A DNA stretch of 64,000 nucleotides from Thermoanaerobaculia bacterium (GTDB lineage Bacteria; Acidobacteriota; Thermoanaerobaculia; Multivoradales; Multivoraceae): assembly GCA_963664405.1 (NCBI GenBank), contig OY761158.1:5536001-5600000 (forward strand), read 5' to 3'. Below are positions 27,291 through 37,609 of the stretch, one piece after another; the first letter of the stretch is position 1; each line of letters starts with the position of its first letter. The position numbers were made by a program, and so were the translations under genes. The notes under the pieces are model-generated. The model was not told where the DNA came from. It saw only the letters and a list, made by a program, of their open reading frames with translations, and made no database searches.

Positions 27291-29173
27291 AGCAAGAGCA
27301 GTTTCTGCAGGTCCTCGATCGCGACGAGGCGGAGCGGCGTTGGCAGTCGGTCCTCGATCTCCACACTCTGGAGGCCGAGCTCGTTCCTCTCGCCGAGGCT
27401 CTGGGTAGGGTCTTGTCCGAAGGAGTGCGCTCCGCTGTTGACGTTCCCTCTTTCGACCGTTCCAACATGGATGGCTTCGCGGTGCGGGCGCAAGACACCT
27501 ATGGCGCCGCCGAGGAGACGCCCGCCGTCCTCCGCCTCAATGAAGAGTCGCTACCGACCGGCGTGCAGCCTCGACAGACGGTCGAGCTCGGAACGGCGAC
27601 CGTCATTGCCACTGGCGCGATGCTGCCACGCGGTGCCGACGCCGTGGTTCCGGTGGAGATGACCGATGTCTTCGGGCAAGAGCTGCGGGTGCATGGCGCC
27701 TGTGTCCCTGGTGATGCGATCTCCCACGCCGGTACCGACATGTCCAGTGGCGAGACTGTTCTGTTTGCGGGCACATGGCTGAGCTCGAGGGAGACCGGCG
27801 TGCTCGCTGCCATCGGCGTGGACGAGGTCCAGGTGGTGCGGCGGCCCCGTGTGGCGGTGATCTCCACCGGAGACGAGGTGATCCCGCCGGGCCAGGCCAT
27901 GCGACCGGGGCTGGTGTACGACTCCAACGGCCGCATCATCAGTGACGCCCTGCGTGAGCTTGGCTGCGATCCGGTGTTCCTCGGAGTCTTTCGAGACCAG
28001 ACCGATGCCCTTCGCGAAGTTCTACGCCGCGGGGTCGAGGACTGCGACGCGGTCGTCCTCTCGGGCGGCACCTCCAAGGGTGAGGGCGATCTCTGCTATC
28101 GGGTGGTGTCAGAGCTCGATCCCGGCATCGTGGTCCACGGCGTCGCCCTCAAGCCAGGGAAACCGATCTGCCTTGCCGCCGCCGGTGCCAAACCTGTCGC
28201 CATCCTGCCGGGCTTCCCGACCTCGGCGGTGTTCACTTTTCACGAGTTCGTGGCTCCGGTGCTGCGCCGCCTTGCCGGTCTGCACGGCGTCGCTCGGGAG
28301 TCGGTGCGCGCACCCCTGGCACTGCGAGCTCGCAGTCAGAAGGGCCGGCTCGAGTATCTTCTGGTGGGGTTGGTCCGGGGTGCGGAAGGCGAGCTGGTCG
28401 CCTATCCCATGGGCAAGGGGAGCGGCAGTGTCACCGCGTTCAGCCGGGCCGACGGTTTTGTGCGCATCGAGCGGAACACCGAGATGGTGGAGGAAGGCTC
28501 AGAGCTTGAGGTCACTCTTCTGGCCAGATCCGTGGTCGTTGCCGATCTGGTGATTATCGGCAGCCACTGCACCGGCCTAGACCTCATCTGCTCCGAGCTC
28601 GTCGCCGCCGGCATCTCGGTCAAGGTCATGGCAGTGGGTAGCCGAGGTGGGCTTGACGCTGCCCGCCGTGGTGAGTGCGATATCGCCCCGATCCACCTTC
28701 TCGATGCCGCCACAGGCGCCTACAACCGGCCTTTCCTGGGAGAGGGCCTCGAGCTCGTGCCTGGGTACCTACGAGTGCAGGGCGTTGCAACCCGCGCCGA
28801 CGACGAGCGCGATCTCGACGAGCTCCTCGCCGATCCGAGTGCCCGCATGGTCAATCGCAACCGAGGAAGCGGCACGCGGATCCTCATCGACAGGCTTCTC
28901 GGCGAGAGGCGCCCTGACGGCTACGGCTACGAGCCCCGCTCCCACCATGCCGTCGCCGCCGCGGTGGCCCAGGGTCGAGCCGATTGGGGTATGACCATCG
29001 AGCCCGTTGCGCGCGGAGCCGGCCTACGTTTTCTGTCCGATCAGCAAGAGCACTACGACTTTGCCGTTCCGACCGCGCGCGCCCAACGAGAGGAAGTCAA
29101 GGCCTTTCGCGCCCTCCTGTCGCCCGGCAGTGAGATGCGTCGCCGCCTCGCCGAGATCGGCTTTCACTCCTAG
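27287..29173 (+). CDS. moeA: MoeA fused to a C-terminal PBP (molybdate/tungstate-binding-like) domain
   Basis: SNMDGFA, SGGTSKG, LPGFPTS, then GSHC, GSRGGL, NRNRGSGTR, EHYDF. Confidence 0.9.
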   Translation: MKQEQFLQVLDRDEAERRWQSVLDLHTLEAELVPLAEALGRVLSEGVRSAVDVPSFDRSNMDGFAVRAQDTYGAAEETPAVLRLNEESLPTGVQPRQTVELGTATVIATGAMLPRGADAVVPVEMTDVFGQELRVHGACVPGDAISHAGTDMSSGETVLFAGTWLSSRETGVLAAIGVDEVQVVRRPRVAVISTGDEVIPPGQAMRPGLVYDSNGRIISDALRELGCDPVFLGVFRDQTDALREVLRRGVEDCDAVVLSGGTSKGEGDLCYRVVSELDPGIVVHGVALKPGKPICLAAAGAKPVAILPGFPTSAVFTFHEFVAPVLRRLAGLHGVARESVRAPLALRARSQKGRLEYLLVGLVRGAEGELVAYPMGKGSGSVTAFSRADGFVRIERNTEMVEEGSELEVTLLARSVVVADLVIIGSHCTGLDLICSELVAAGISVKVMAVGSRGGLDAARRGECDIAPIHLLDAATGAYNRPFLGEGLELVPGYLRVQGVATRADDERDLDELLADPSARMVNRNRGSGTRILIDRLLGERRPDGYGYEPRSHHAVAAAVAQGRADWGMTIEPVARGAGLRFLSDQQEHYDFAVPTARAQREEVKAFRALLSPGSEMRRRLAEIGFHS

Positions 29174-29352
29174 CCTGGACTATTCATGAGGTCCGTAGCG
29201 AGGTGCCGCAGATGCCCGGAGATACAAGGCGTCGCGACCGAGGGCTCCGCAGGCGTATTTGGCAATACGTCGAGGGGCCCGACCGAGCGCAACGCAGTAG
29301 ATTCGGGCAGCTGCGGCACCGCAGTAGGAGCTTCATGAATAATCCAGGCTAG
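29170..29352. mobile_element. Palindromic MITE-like element, family B
   Basis: CTAGCCTGGACTATTCATGA ... TCATGAATAATCCAGGCTAG (20 bp inverted repeat, 1 mismatch). Internal arms GGTGCCGCAGATGCCCG / CGGGCAGCTGCGGCACC. Fills the whole gap between convergent genes. Confidence 0.85.
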
Positions 29353-30377
29353 CCGGTTGGCGCCGTCTCCGGGAGCCCCGAAAGATGACAGGCGACCGCC
29401 CCGCCATGATCCGCCTGTTGCAGCAGCGGCTCGATCGTCGAGCATTCAGGCAGCACCTTCGGGCAGCGCGGATGGAAGCGACACCCGCTCGGCGGATTGC
29501 TCGGGCTCGGCACTTCGCCGCTGAGAAGCCGATGAGGCCGGGTGGCCTCGAGCTCAGGATCCGGCACCGGCACCGCGGCTAGAAGCGCCTCGGTATAGGG
29601 ATGCTGGGGGCGGGCGAAGAGCTCGTCACGCTCGGCGATCTCCACGATCTTGCCGAGGTACATGACCCCGATGCGATCACTGATGTGTCGCACCACCGAA
29701 AGATCGTGGGCGATGAAGAGATAAGTGAGGCCCAGCTTCTCCTGTAGGTCCATGAAGAGGTTGATCACCTGCGCCTGGATCGATACGTCGAGCGCCGAGA
29801 CCGGCTCGTCGCAAATGATGAGGCTCGGCTCCAGGGCAAGGGCGCGAGCGATTCCGATGCGCTGGCGCTGCCCTCCCGAGAACTCATGCGGGTAGCGATC
29901 GGCCATGTCGGGCAGCAAGCCGACCAGACGGATCAGCTCCGCCACCCTTTCTCGATACCGCGGCTTGTTCCCGGCCAGCCCATGCACGACCAGCGGCTCG
30001 CCAACGATGTCCCGTACTTTCATGCGTGGATTCAGCGAGCCGAAGGGATCCTGATAGACCATCTGGACGCGTTGGCGAATCGGACGCATTCGCGCCTGGT
30101 CGTAGTCCGTGATGTCTTCGCCGTCGAAGACGATGCGCCCGGCGGTGGGGTCGAGCATGCGCAGGACCGCAAGCGCAGTGGTCGACTTTCCGCAGCCGCT
30201 CTCGCCCACCAGTCCGAAGGTCTCGCCCCGCTGGAGCTCGAAGGAGACCCCATCCACGGCCTTCACCGAGCCGACCTGCTTCTGCATCAAGACACCCTGG
30301 GTGATGGGGAAGTGCACCTTCAGTCCTTCTACGCGAAGAAGGGGCGAAGGTCCCTGAACAGCGTTGGCCTCAGTCAT
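29349..30377 (-). CDS. Oligopeptide/dipeptide ABC transporter ATP-binding protein (OppF/DppF-like)
   Basis: [32 protein letters not shown]. Confidence 0.93.
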   Translation of the reverse strand: MTEANAVQGPSPLLRVEGLKVHFPITQGVLMQKQVGSVKAVDGVSFELQRGETFGLVGESGCGKSTTALAVLRMLDPTAGRIVFDGEDITDYDQARMRPIRQRVQMVYQDPFGSLNPRMKVRDIVGEPLVVHGLAGNKPRYRERVAELIRLVGLLPDMADRYPHEFSGGQRQRIGIARALALEPSLIICDEPVSALDVSIQAQVINLFMDLQEKLGLTYLFIAHDLSVVRHISDRIGVMYLGKIVEIAERDELFARPQHPYTEALLAAVPVPDPELEATRPHRLLSGEVPSPSNPPSGCRFHPRCPKVLPECSTIEPLLQQADHGGAVACHLSGLPETAPTG

Positions 30378-31368
30378 AGCCGAAACAGGCCCTGGTGTGA
30401 CCGTCGGCGACCCGCTCGAGGACGGGGATCTCGGCCTCACAGCGATCGCTCTTGTGTTTGCACCTGGGCGCGAACGCGCACCCCGGCGGCATCTGCGAAA
30501 GGTCCGGGGGCTGGCCATCGATGGGAACCAGGCGCTTGCCCGCATCGCCGGTCAACTGCGGAATCGACTCCATCAGGCCCTGGGTGTAAGGGTGCACCGG
30601 GTTCTTGTAGAGCGCGCGCGCCGGGGCGCTTTCGACGATACGGCCCCCGTACATGACCGCCACGCGATCGGCATAACGAGCGACGACGCCGAGGTCGTGG
30701 GTGATCAGAATGAGGGCGGAGCCCGCCTCGCGGGTCAGCTCCTTGAGCAGCGAGAGAATCTGAGCCTGCACGGTGACGTCGAGTGCTGTGGTCGGCTCGT
30801 CGGCGATGATGAGCTTGGGCTGACAGGCAAGTGCCATCGCGATCATGACGCGCTGGCGCATGCCGCCCGAAAACTGATGAGGGTAGTCATCGAGGCGACG
30901 CTCTGCGTCGGGAATCGCGACTCGAGACAGTAGCTTCTTGGCCTCCGCGAGGGCGTCTCGCCAAGGGAGCCCACGATGCAGCCGGATCGGCTCGGCGACC
31001 TGCTTGCCGATGGTCAGAACCGGATTGAGCGAAGACATCGGCTCCTGGAAGATCATCGCGATGCGATTGCCCCGGATACCGCGCATCCGGCGGCGGTCCA
31101 GATCGAGAAGGTTGTCGCCTTCGAACAGGACCCGTCCGCCGTCGATGCGGCCCGAATCGCCGATCAGCCGTAGAATGGACAGCGCCGTCACACTCTTCCC
31201 CGAGCCGCTCTCCCCGACGATGGCCAGGGTCTCGCCGGCCGAGACGGTGAGCGACACGGAGTTGAGCGCTCGCACGATACCGAGGTCGGTTCGGAAGCTC
31301 ACGCTGAGGTCCTCGACCTCGAGCAGAGGTGACGAGCGAGCGCTGGCTCCAGCAGCCGGGACGGACAC
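30370..31368 (-). CDS. Oligopeptide/dipeptide ABC transporter ATP-binding protein (OppD/DppD-like)
   Basis: [33 protein letters not shown]. Confidence 0.93.
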   Translation of the reverse strand: MSVPAAGASARSSPLLEVEDLSVSFRTDLGIVRALNSVSLTVSAGETLAIVGESGSGKSVTALSILRLIGDSGRIDGGRVLFEGDNLLDLDRRRMRGIRGNRIAMIFQEPMSSLNPVLTIGKQVAEPIRLHRGLPWRDALAEAKKLLSRVAIPDAERRLDDYPHQFSGGMRQRVMIAMALACQPKLIIADEPTTALDVTVQAQILSLLKELTREAGSALILITHDLGVVARYADRVAVMYGGRIVESAPARALYKNPVHPYTQGLMESIPQLTGDAGKRLVPIDGQPPDLSQMPPGCAFAPRCKHKSDRCEAEIPVLERVADGHTRACFGYD

Positions 31369-33065
31369 TAGAAGCCGAGCTCCTTCTTGAGCTTGTGGTC
31401 GATCCACATCCGCGCGTAGATCGGACCCGGCCGAACCGCACCGGCGCGCAGCTCACCGTTGTAGTTCTTGACCCAAGGCCACCATGCGGTGTAGCTGTAT
31501 TGAATCGGCAGCCAGAGATAGGGCGCGCGATCGAGCATCTCGACCGTCAGGTCTTTGATCATTCGCTGCCGAAGTATCTCGCTACGGGTGCGATGAAACT
31601 CGGCGACCTGTCGATCGACGTCCGGGTCGGAGAAGATCGATGGGTTCCACTGTTGCCCGGTAGTGAAGCTCTTTCGCAGGCTGGTTGTCGGATTCACGTG
31701 ACCGCTGTTCATCAGGTAGGCGGGAGCGTGAGTCTTCGAGGTCATCGTCGAGAGGTAGGCGGCGTGCTCCATGGGGTCGATCTCGAGGTGCACTCCGATT
31801 TTCGACAGATAATCGTCGATGAGTGGAATCAGGTCCATGTTCGAGGGGCTGCAGCTGCACACCTGCGCCTTGACGGTGAAGCCGTCGGGATACCCCGCCT
31901 CGACAAGGAGCCGCTTCGCCTTTGCGGGGTCATAGCCGAAGAGCTCTTGGACTGAGGCAGGCATCGATTCGAGCGGCTCGAAGTAGCCGGTGAAATCCGG
32001 GTGCATGGGGTAGGCGAAGAGCTCGGCATGACCGCCGTAGAACAAATCGGCGATCTCTCGTTGGTTTACTGCGAGATTGATCGCACGCCGAACGCGGACG
32101 TCGTCGAAGGGTTTCTGGTCGGTCCGGAGGGCCATGAAGTTACCGACGCTCGACAGCGATCTCACCCACTTGAGCTCCGGTGTTGTCTCTTTCAGGTGAT
32201 CGACCGCGATCCAGCGGATGGCCTCGAGGATGTCGAGTTTGCCGGTACGAAGAGCAGTCAGAAAGGTCGCCTCGTCTTTGATCGTCCTATAGTTGATCTC
32301 GTCCACAAAGGGGATCTCGTATTGCTGTCCTCCGAGCTTCTCTCGATCCCAGTAGGCCGGGTTGCGCTGATAGGTCTGAGAGTGGCCCTGGATGAAGTCG
32401 GTCAATTGAAAGGGCCCTGTTCCGACGGCGTTGCGCCAGTTCTTGGCGTCGACGTCGGCCATCTCCCTCGGCACGATGGCCGAGTAGTAGCCGTAGCCGA
32501 ATCGGTAGGCCCACTCGACGTTGAACTCGCTGAACTCGAAGACCACCGTGTGCTTGTCCCGCGCCTCGACCTTGGCGATGTGGTCGAAGTAGGTGGAGAT
32601 TTTTTTTGGACTCGCGTCGAGCCGGTAGTAGCTGAAGACCACATCTTCGGCGTCGAGCTCCCGCGACTTCATCACTCCTGGTTTGTCGGGGAAACGGATG
32701 CCTCGGCGCAGATGAATCACCAACGTGAGCGGCGTCTCCCACTCCCAACTCTCAGCCAGCTCGCCGCGGAGAGCGTCGTCGGGTAGGTAGGCCTCGGAGC
32801 GGAAAATGTACTTGCCGCCCTTGCGCACGCTCTTTTCCAGGTCGGCGGCGAAGAGCTGCTCGTAGAACATTCCGGTGTCGTGATTGAGCTTCCAGTTCCA
32901 GTCGGTCGGGTCCCAGGACAGAGCCGAGAGAGTGACAGTGACGGTGCCGATATCGAGGGTGCCGCCGTACTGCGGCTCTTCGGGCGCCTGCGCCCCTGCT
33001 CCAAGGCAGAAGAGGATCAGCAGTGCTGCAACCAGGCTTAGGCGATTCCGTATTGGGTCCCTCAT
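31368..33065 (-). CDS. Family 5 ABC substrate-binding protein
   Basis: Signal peptide, YGGTL, ELAESWE, GTGPF, PFDDVRVRRA, AKRLLVEAGY. Confidence 0.92.
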   Translation of the reverse strand: MRDPIRNRLSLVAALLILFCLGAGAQAPEEPQYGGTLDIGTVTVTLSALSWDPTDWNWKLNHDTGMFYEQLFAADLEKSVRKGGKYIFRSEAYLPDDALRGELAESWEWETPLTLVIHLRRGIRFPDKPGVMKSRELDAEDVVFSYYRLDASPKKISTYFDHIAKVEARDKHTVVFEFSEFNVEWAYRFGYGYYSAIVPREMADVDAKNWRNAVGTGPFQLTDFIQGHSQTYQRNPAYWDREKLGGQQYEIPFVDEINYRTIKDEATFLTALRTGKLDILEAIRWIAVDHLKETTPELKWVRSLSSVGNFMALRTDQKPFDDVRVRRAINLAVNQREIADLFYGGHAELFAYPMHPDFTGYFEPLESMPASVQELFGYDPAKAKRLLVEAGYPDGFTVKAQVCSCSPSNMDLIPLIDDYLSKIGVHLEIDPMEHAAYLSTMTSKTHAPAYLMNSGHVNPTTSLRKSFTTGQQWNPSIFSDPDVDRQVAEFHRTRSEILRQRMIKDLTVEMLDRAPYLWLPIQYSYTAWWPWVKNYNGELRAGAVRPGPIYARMWIDHKLKKELGF

Positions 33066-33961
33066 CGGCTTCCTCGCATTCTCGGGTCGAGCAGGTCGCG
33101 CAGCGCATCGCCAAAAACATTGATCGCGTAGACGACGATGGTGAGGCATAGACCTGGTGCAAGGGCCAGCCACGGGCCCAGGTACATATAGGTTCGACCG
33201 GTACCACTGAGCATGCTGCCCCAGGTCGGCGCCGGCGGCGGAACTCCCAGGCCGAGAAACGAGAGACCGGCCTCGGCCAGAATGACGGCTCCCACGCGGG
33301 TGCTGAAGAGAACGATCACGACCGGCATCACATTGGGGAGGATGTGTCGCCAAAGGATCCGCGGCGTACGCGCGCCGATGGACTGCGCCGCGTGGGTGTA
33401 CATCTGCTCGCGGATGGTGATCACTGATCCGCGCACGATCCGCGAGCCGGCGATGCCATAGAGCAGACCAAGGATGACGATGATTTGAACGAGGCCCGGC
33501 CCGACGATCGAAATGACGACAATCAGCAGGACGAGACCGGGGAAGATCATCCAGGCGTCGACCATGCGCTGAATCAACATGTCGATACGACCGCCGAAGT
33601 AACCCGAGACAACGCCGAGGAGAATCGAGATGAAAGTGGCCAGGCCGGCTGCACAGAAGCTAACGATCATCGAGATCTGGCCACCGATCAGCACCCGCGA
33701 GAGCACGTCACGCCCGAGGTGGTCGGTACCCAGGAGGAAGGCGAGCGAAGGAGGCTCGAGCCGATGCACCAGGTTGGTGTCGTTCATCCCGAAGGGCGCC
33801 AGTAGATCGGCGAAGATCCCAGCGAGAAGAAAGACCAGGAAGATGAGACCGCCGGCTGCTCCCAGCGGCTTGGTGCGGATCAGACGCGACAGGAGCTCGA
33901 CAACAGGTCCACGCCGCTTCCGAGGCAGCTCCATCGTAGTCACGACAGTTTCCGACGTCAT
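33062..33961 (-). CDS. ABC permease (OppC/DppC-like)
   Basis: LGTDHLGRD, HILPN, EAGLSFLGLG, GDALRDLLDP. Confidence 0.93.
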   Translation of the reverse strand: MTSETVVTTMELPRKRRGPVVELLSRLIRTKPLGAAGGLIFLVFLLAGIFADLLAPFGMNDTNLVHRLEPPSLAFLLGTDHLGRDVLSRVLIGGQISMIVSFCAAGLATFISILLGVVSGYFGGRIDMLIQRMVDAWMIFPGLVLLIVVISIVGPGLVQIIVILGLLYGIAGSRIVRGSVITIREQMYTHAAQSIGARTPRILWRHILPNVMPVVIVLFSTRVGAVILAEAGLSFLGLGVPPPAPTWGSMLSGTGRTYMYLGPWLALAPGLCLTIVVYAINVFGDALRDLLDPRMRGSR

Positions 33962-34908
33962 TGATGACGGACCTTGGGGTCGAGAAGGCCGTAGCTGAGG
34001 TCCACGGCGAGGTTGATCAGCAGAACTCCGACCCCGACGACGAGAAAGACGCCGGAGACCACAGGGTAGTCACGCGAGGAGACCGCCTCGAGGAGGAGCA
34101 GACCCATCCCTGGCACGACGAAGATCTGCTCCATGATCACCGCTCCGCCGATGAGGACGGGCGCCTGCAGGCCGATCAGGGTCACCACCGGAATCAGGCC
34201 GTTGCGAAGAGCGTGGCGCACGACGAGAAGTACTTCTCCTACTCCCTTGGCTCGCGCGGTGCGAATGTAGTCCTGGCGCATCACCTCGAGCATCATCGTT
34301 CGGGTCATCCGCATGGTTACCGCGGACATCGACAGGCCGAGAAGAGTGGCAGGCACGATCATGTGGCTCAGATTCTTGATCGGATCCTCCAGGAATGGGG
34401 TGTACTCGAGCGCCGGTGACCAGCGCCACCAGACCGAGGGAAAGACCATCACCAGGGTGCCGAGCCAGAAGCTGGGGATCGCAAGCATCAGAAGTGAGAA
34501 AGAGCGGGTGATGTAGTCGCCCAGAGAGTCCTGGCGCATTGCGGAGTAGACCCCGATCGGTAGCGCGACCGAGAGCGCGACGATCAGAGCGAGCAGGCCG
34601 AGCTCGAAGCTGATCGGCATGCGCGCGAGAAGCTGTTCACTTACCGGGGTGTTCTGCCACAGCGAGTTACCGAAGTCTCCCATCATCGCGGAGCCGACCC
34701 AGCGGAAGTACTGGACGATAACCGGCCGGTCGAGGCCGAGAGCCGCCTCGATGTTGGCCCGATCTTGCCCGGTCGAGATGTCGTTCTGCGACAACATCAG
34801 ATCGATCACATCGCCGGGGATGAGGCGGATCGAGAAAAAAACGATCACGCTGGCGAAGATCAGTGTCGGGATGAGCGCCAAGAGTCGCCGGATGATGTAT
34901 GCCTGCAT
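33958..34908 (-). CDS. ABC permease (OppB/DppB-like)
   Basis: YIIRRL, PGD, GDFGNS, DYIRTARAKG, RDYP. Confidence 0.93.
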   Translation of the reverse strand: MQAYIIRRLLALIPTLIFASVIVFFSIRLIPGDVIDLMLSQNDISTGQDRANIEAALGLDRPVIVQYFRWVGSAMMGDFGNSLWQNTPVSEQLLARMPISFELGLLALIVALSVALPIGVYSAMRQDSLGDYITRSFSLLMLAIPSFWLGTLVMVFPSVWWRWSPALEYTPFLEDPIKNLSHMIVPATLLGLSMSAVTMRMTRTMMLEVMRQDYIRTARAKGVGEVLLVVRHALRNGLIPVVTLIGLQAPVLIGGAVIMEQIFVVPGMGLLLLEAVSSRDYPVVSGVFLVVGVGVLLINLAVDLSYGLLDPKVRHQ

Positions 34909-35049
34909 TGCTGTGTGTTCGTCGTTTCTAAGGAGCCGCCTATCCTAGAACAACTGAGAGCTTGCTGAGACAGATCCGGATGGATAGCGGTCTCCCTCCT
35001 CCACTGCCGCGCCGCCGCAAGTGGTGCCACTGTCGAATAGGGGAGATAG

Positions 35050-35114
35050 ATTGGACTACTGAATGTTGAATGATTGGTATAAATGGATCTTGTATTTATT
35101 CGATATGGATCTTG
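35050..35114 (+). promoter_or_regulatory. Direct-repeat operator, putative MocR/PdxR site
   Basis: ATGGATCTTG at 35083-35092 and 35105-35114 (22 bp period), plus ATTGGACT and ATTGGTAT upstream, in an AT-rich island. Confidence 0.55.
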
Positions 35115-35127
35115 AAGGAGACCTGAA

Positions 35128-36681
35128 ATGCGCCGAAAATCCGGGATAGAGAGCTACCAAATGTTCCGCGAATCAGGAATCAGCCTCACCCCGGGAGTCG
35201 GCCAACCGCTTTACCGGCAGATCTTCGATCAGGTGGCAGCCCGGGTCTCGAGCGGCGTGCTGACACCTGGCTTCAGGCTCCCTCCGACTCGTGTTCTTGC
35301 CGAGGAGCTAGGTGTTCATCGCAACACGGTCGTGCGTGCTTTCGAAGATCTCGTGGCGGCCGGGTTCCTGGTGTCGGTCGTCGGTCGAGGGAGCTTCGTC
35401 ACCTCCGCCCCGCTCCCTGCCAGTATTTCGCCACCGCCGTCCCGCCCCTCTCTGCCCTGGGTCTCGCTGGTGTCGCGCGCGGCCTCAGCAGAACCGCTCG
35501 GGCGCGCCGACGCCCTGGCCGGGCCGGCTCCCAGCGGCAACCCGGTCAACCTCAGCCGCATGGAGCCGGCGGGTGAGCTGCTGCCGCACGAGCTCCTCCG
35601 ACGCTGCCTCGATCACGTGCTGCGCGATCGAGCCGCGTCGGCTCTCGGCTATTCGCCGCGGGAGGGCCTGCCGCGGCTTCGTGAGCTGATCGCCGCCGAG
35701 CTCTCTCGCTCCGGGGTCCCGGCCGAGGTCGATGACGTACTGGTGACGACCGGCAGTCAGCAGGCCCTCGATCTGGTAGCGAGAGCCCTGATCGATCCGG
35801 GCGACCCTTTTCTGGTCGAGGAGTCGACCTACAGCGGTGCAATCAACCTCTTTGCGGTGGCCGGAGCGCGTGTCGTCGGTGTTCCGAGCGATGGCGACGG
35901 CCCCGACCCGGCCGCCCTCGAACGTCACGATCGAAGCCGGGCCAAGGGCTTCTACATGATGCCCAACTGCGGCAACCCGACTGGGGCCTGCGTCTCCGCC
36001 GAGCGTAGGCACGCGCTGGTCGCTTGGTCGCGAAGAGCCGGAGTCCCTCTGATCGAGGACGACTACGGCGCTGACCTCAATCTCGACGGTGTTCCTCCGC
36101 CGCCCGCACTCAAGGCCCTCGACAGCGAGGTCATTTATCTCGGCACCTTTTCGAAGAAGTTGATTCCGGCGCTGCGAGTCGGGTTTCTGGTCTGCCCGAA
36201 GGCACTCCGGCGCCAGCTAGTACCTCTCAAGCACGCCATGGACCTGGGCACGTCGGTCCTATTGCAGCACGCGCTGTGCGAGTTTCTCGAGCGCGGCTAC
36301 ATGCGCGCACACCTTGCGAAGGTGCTACCCGAGTATCGCGCGCGCCGTGACGCTTTGGCAGCCGGCCTGAGCGAGGGGTTGCCCGATGGCGTCGAGTGGA
36401 CGCCGCCGGCCAGAGGCTTGGTGCTCTGGCTGCAGCTGCCCGAGGGCAGCGACCCAGGGGCGGTGTGTGAGGAGGCCAGTCGTCGCGGAGTGCTGGTGAC
36501 TCCCGGGGCAATTTACAGCCCCACCGGCCGCAGCCGGCCCAGCTTACGGCTGGCGTTCTGCGGCGAGCCGCCGGAGCGGATCGCCGTCGGCGCGCAGCGC
36601 CTTTGTCGCGCGATCGATGCGGCGGCCGGTCGCGGTCGCGGCTCGGGTTCCACACGAGCCCCGGCCATCGATGTTCTTTAG
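35128..36681 (+). CDS. MocR/GntR family PLP-dependent transcriptional regulator (PdxR-like)
   Basis: wHTH (PLYRQI...[18 protein letters not shown]) plus aminotransferase fold ([19 protein letters not shown]); upstream of pdxST; AAGGAG RBS. Confidence 0.9.
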   Translation: MRRKSGIESYQMFRESGISLTPGVGQPLYRQIFDQVAARVSSGVLTPGFRLPPTRVLAEELGVHRNTVVRAFEDLVAAGFLVSVVGRGSFVTSAPLPASISPPPSRPSLPWVSLVSRAASAEPLGRADALAGPAPSGNPVNLSRMEPAGELLPHELLRRCLDHVLRDRAASALGYSPREGLPRLRELIAAELSRSGVPAEVDDVLVTTGSQQALDLVARALIDPGDPFLVEESTYSGAINLFAVAGARVVGVPSDGDGPDPAALERHDRSRAKGFYMMPNCGNPTGACVSAERRHALVAWSRRAGVPLIEDDYGADLNLDGVPPPPALKALDSEVIYLGTFSKKLIPALRVGFLVCPKALRRQLVPLKHAMDLGTSVLLQHALCEFLERGYMRAHLAKVLPEYRARRDALAAGLSEGLPDGVEWTPPARGLVLWLQLPEGSDPGAVCEEASRRGVLVTPGAIYSPTGRSRPSLRLAFCGEPPERIAVGAQRLCRAIDAAAGRGRGSGSTRAPAIDVL

Positions 36682-36727
36682 TGGAGGTCCCCCAACCTGG
36701 GTGGACGTTCTCGATTGGAGGTTAGTG

Positions 36728-37609
36728 ATGCAAGAAGCGACATTTCAAAGCAAAGTGGGTCTTGCCCGGATGCTTGCCGGCGGAGCGATCATGGACGTGA
36801 CCGACGCCGACCAGGCGCGCATCGCGCAAGAAGCGGGCGCGACTGCGGTCATGGCTCTCGAGCGAGTGCCGGCCGACATTCGCCGCGACGGCGGAGTGGC
36901 CAGGGCCAGCGACCCGGAGCGAGTGACCTCGATCCAACAGGCGGTCTCGATTCCGGTGATGGCGAAGTGCCGCATCGGTCACTTCATGGAGGCACGGGTG
37001 CTCGAGGCACTCGAGGTCGACTTTATCGACGAGAGCGAAGTGCTTAGCCCGGCCGACGAAGCCTTTCATATCGACAAGGGCGGCTTTCGCGTGCCTTTCG
37101 TGTGCGGCTGTACCGACCTCGGTGAAGCCCTCAGGCGCATCGGCGAGGGCGCGGCGCTGCTGCGAACCAAGGGCGAAGCTGGCACCGGCAACATCATCGA
37201 GGCGGTCCGCCACCTGCGCGCCCTACGCACCTCGATTCGTCGGCTCGGGACCCTGGGCCACGAGGAGCTGATGACCGAGGCAAAGGTGCTCGGCGCGCCC
37301 TTTCCGCTGCTCGAAGAAGTGGCCAACCGCGGTCGTCTCCCGGTGCCGAACTTCGCCGCCGGTGGTATCGCGACGCCCGCGGACGCCGCCCTGTGCATGG
37401 CGCTGGGTGCGGAGGCGGTATTCGTCGGCAGCGGCATCTTTCTGAGCTCCGACCCGGCGGGACGAGCCCGCGCGATTGTCGAGGCGACCACCCACTGGGA
37501 AGACCCGGCCAAGCTTGCTGAGATCTCGACCGGGCTGGGCGAGGCGATGGCGGGCCTGGAGATCTCGAGCCTGGCCGAGAGCGAGCGCTACGCGACGCGA
37601 GGCTGGTGA
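36728..37609 (+). CDS. pdxS: PLP synthase lyase subunit
   Basis: [49 protein letters not shown]. Confidence 0.96.
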   Translation: MQEATFQSKVGLARMLAGGAIMDVTDADQARIAQEAGATAVMALERVPADIRRDGGVARASDPERVTSIQQAVSIPVMAKCRIGHFMEARVLEALEVDFIDESEVLSPADEAFHIDKGGFRVPFVCGCTDLGEALRRIGEGAALLRTKGEAGTGNIIEAVRHLRALRTSIRRLGTLGHEELMTEAKVLGAPFPLLEEVANRGRLPVPNFAAGGIATPADAALCMALGAEAVFVGSGIFLSSDPAGRARAIVEATTHWEDPAKLAEISTGLGEAMAGLEISSLAESERYATRGW

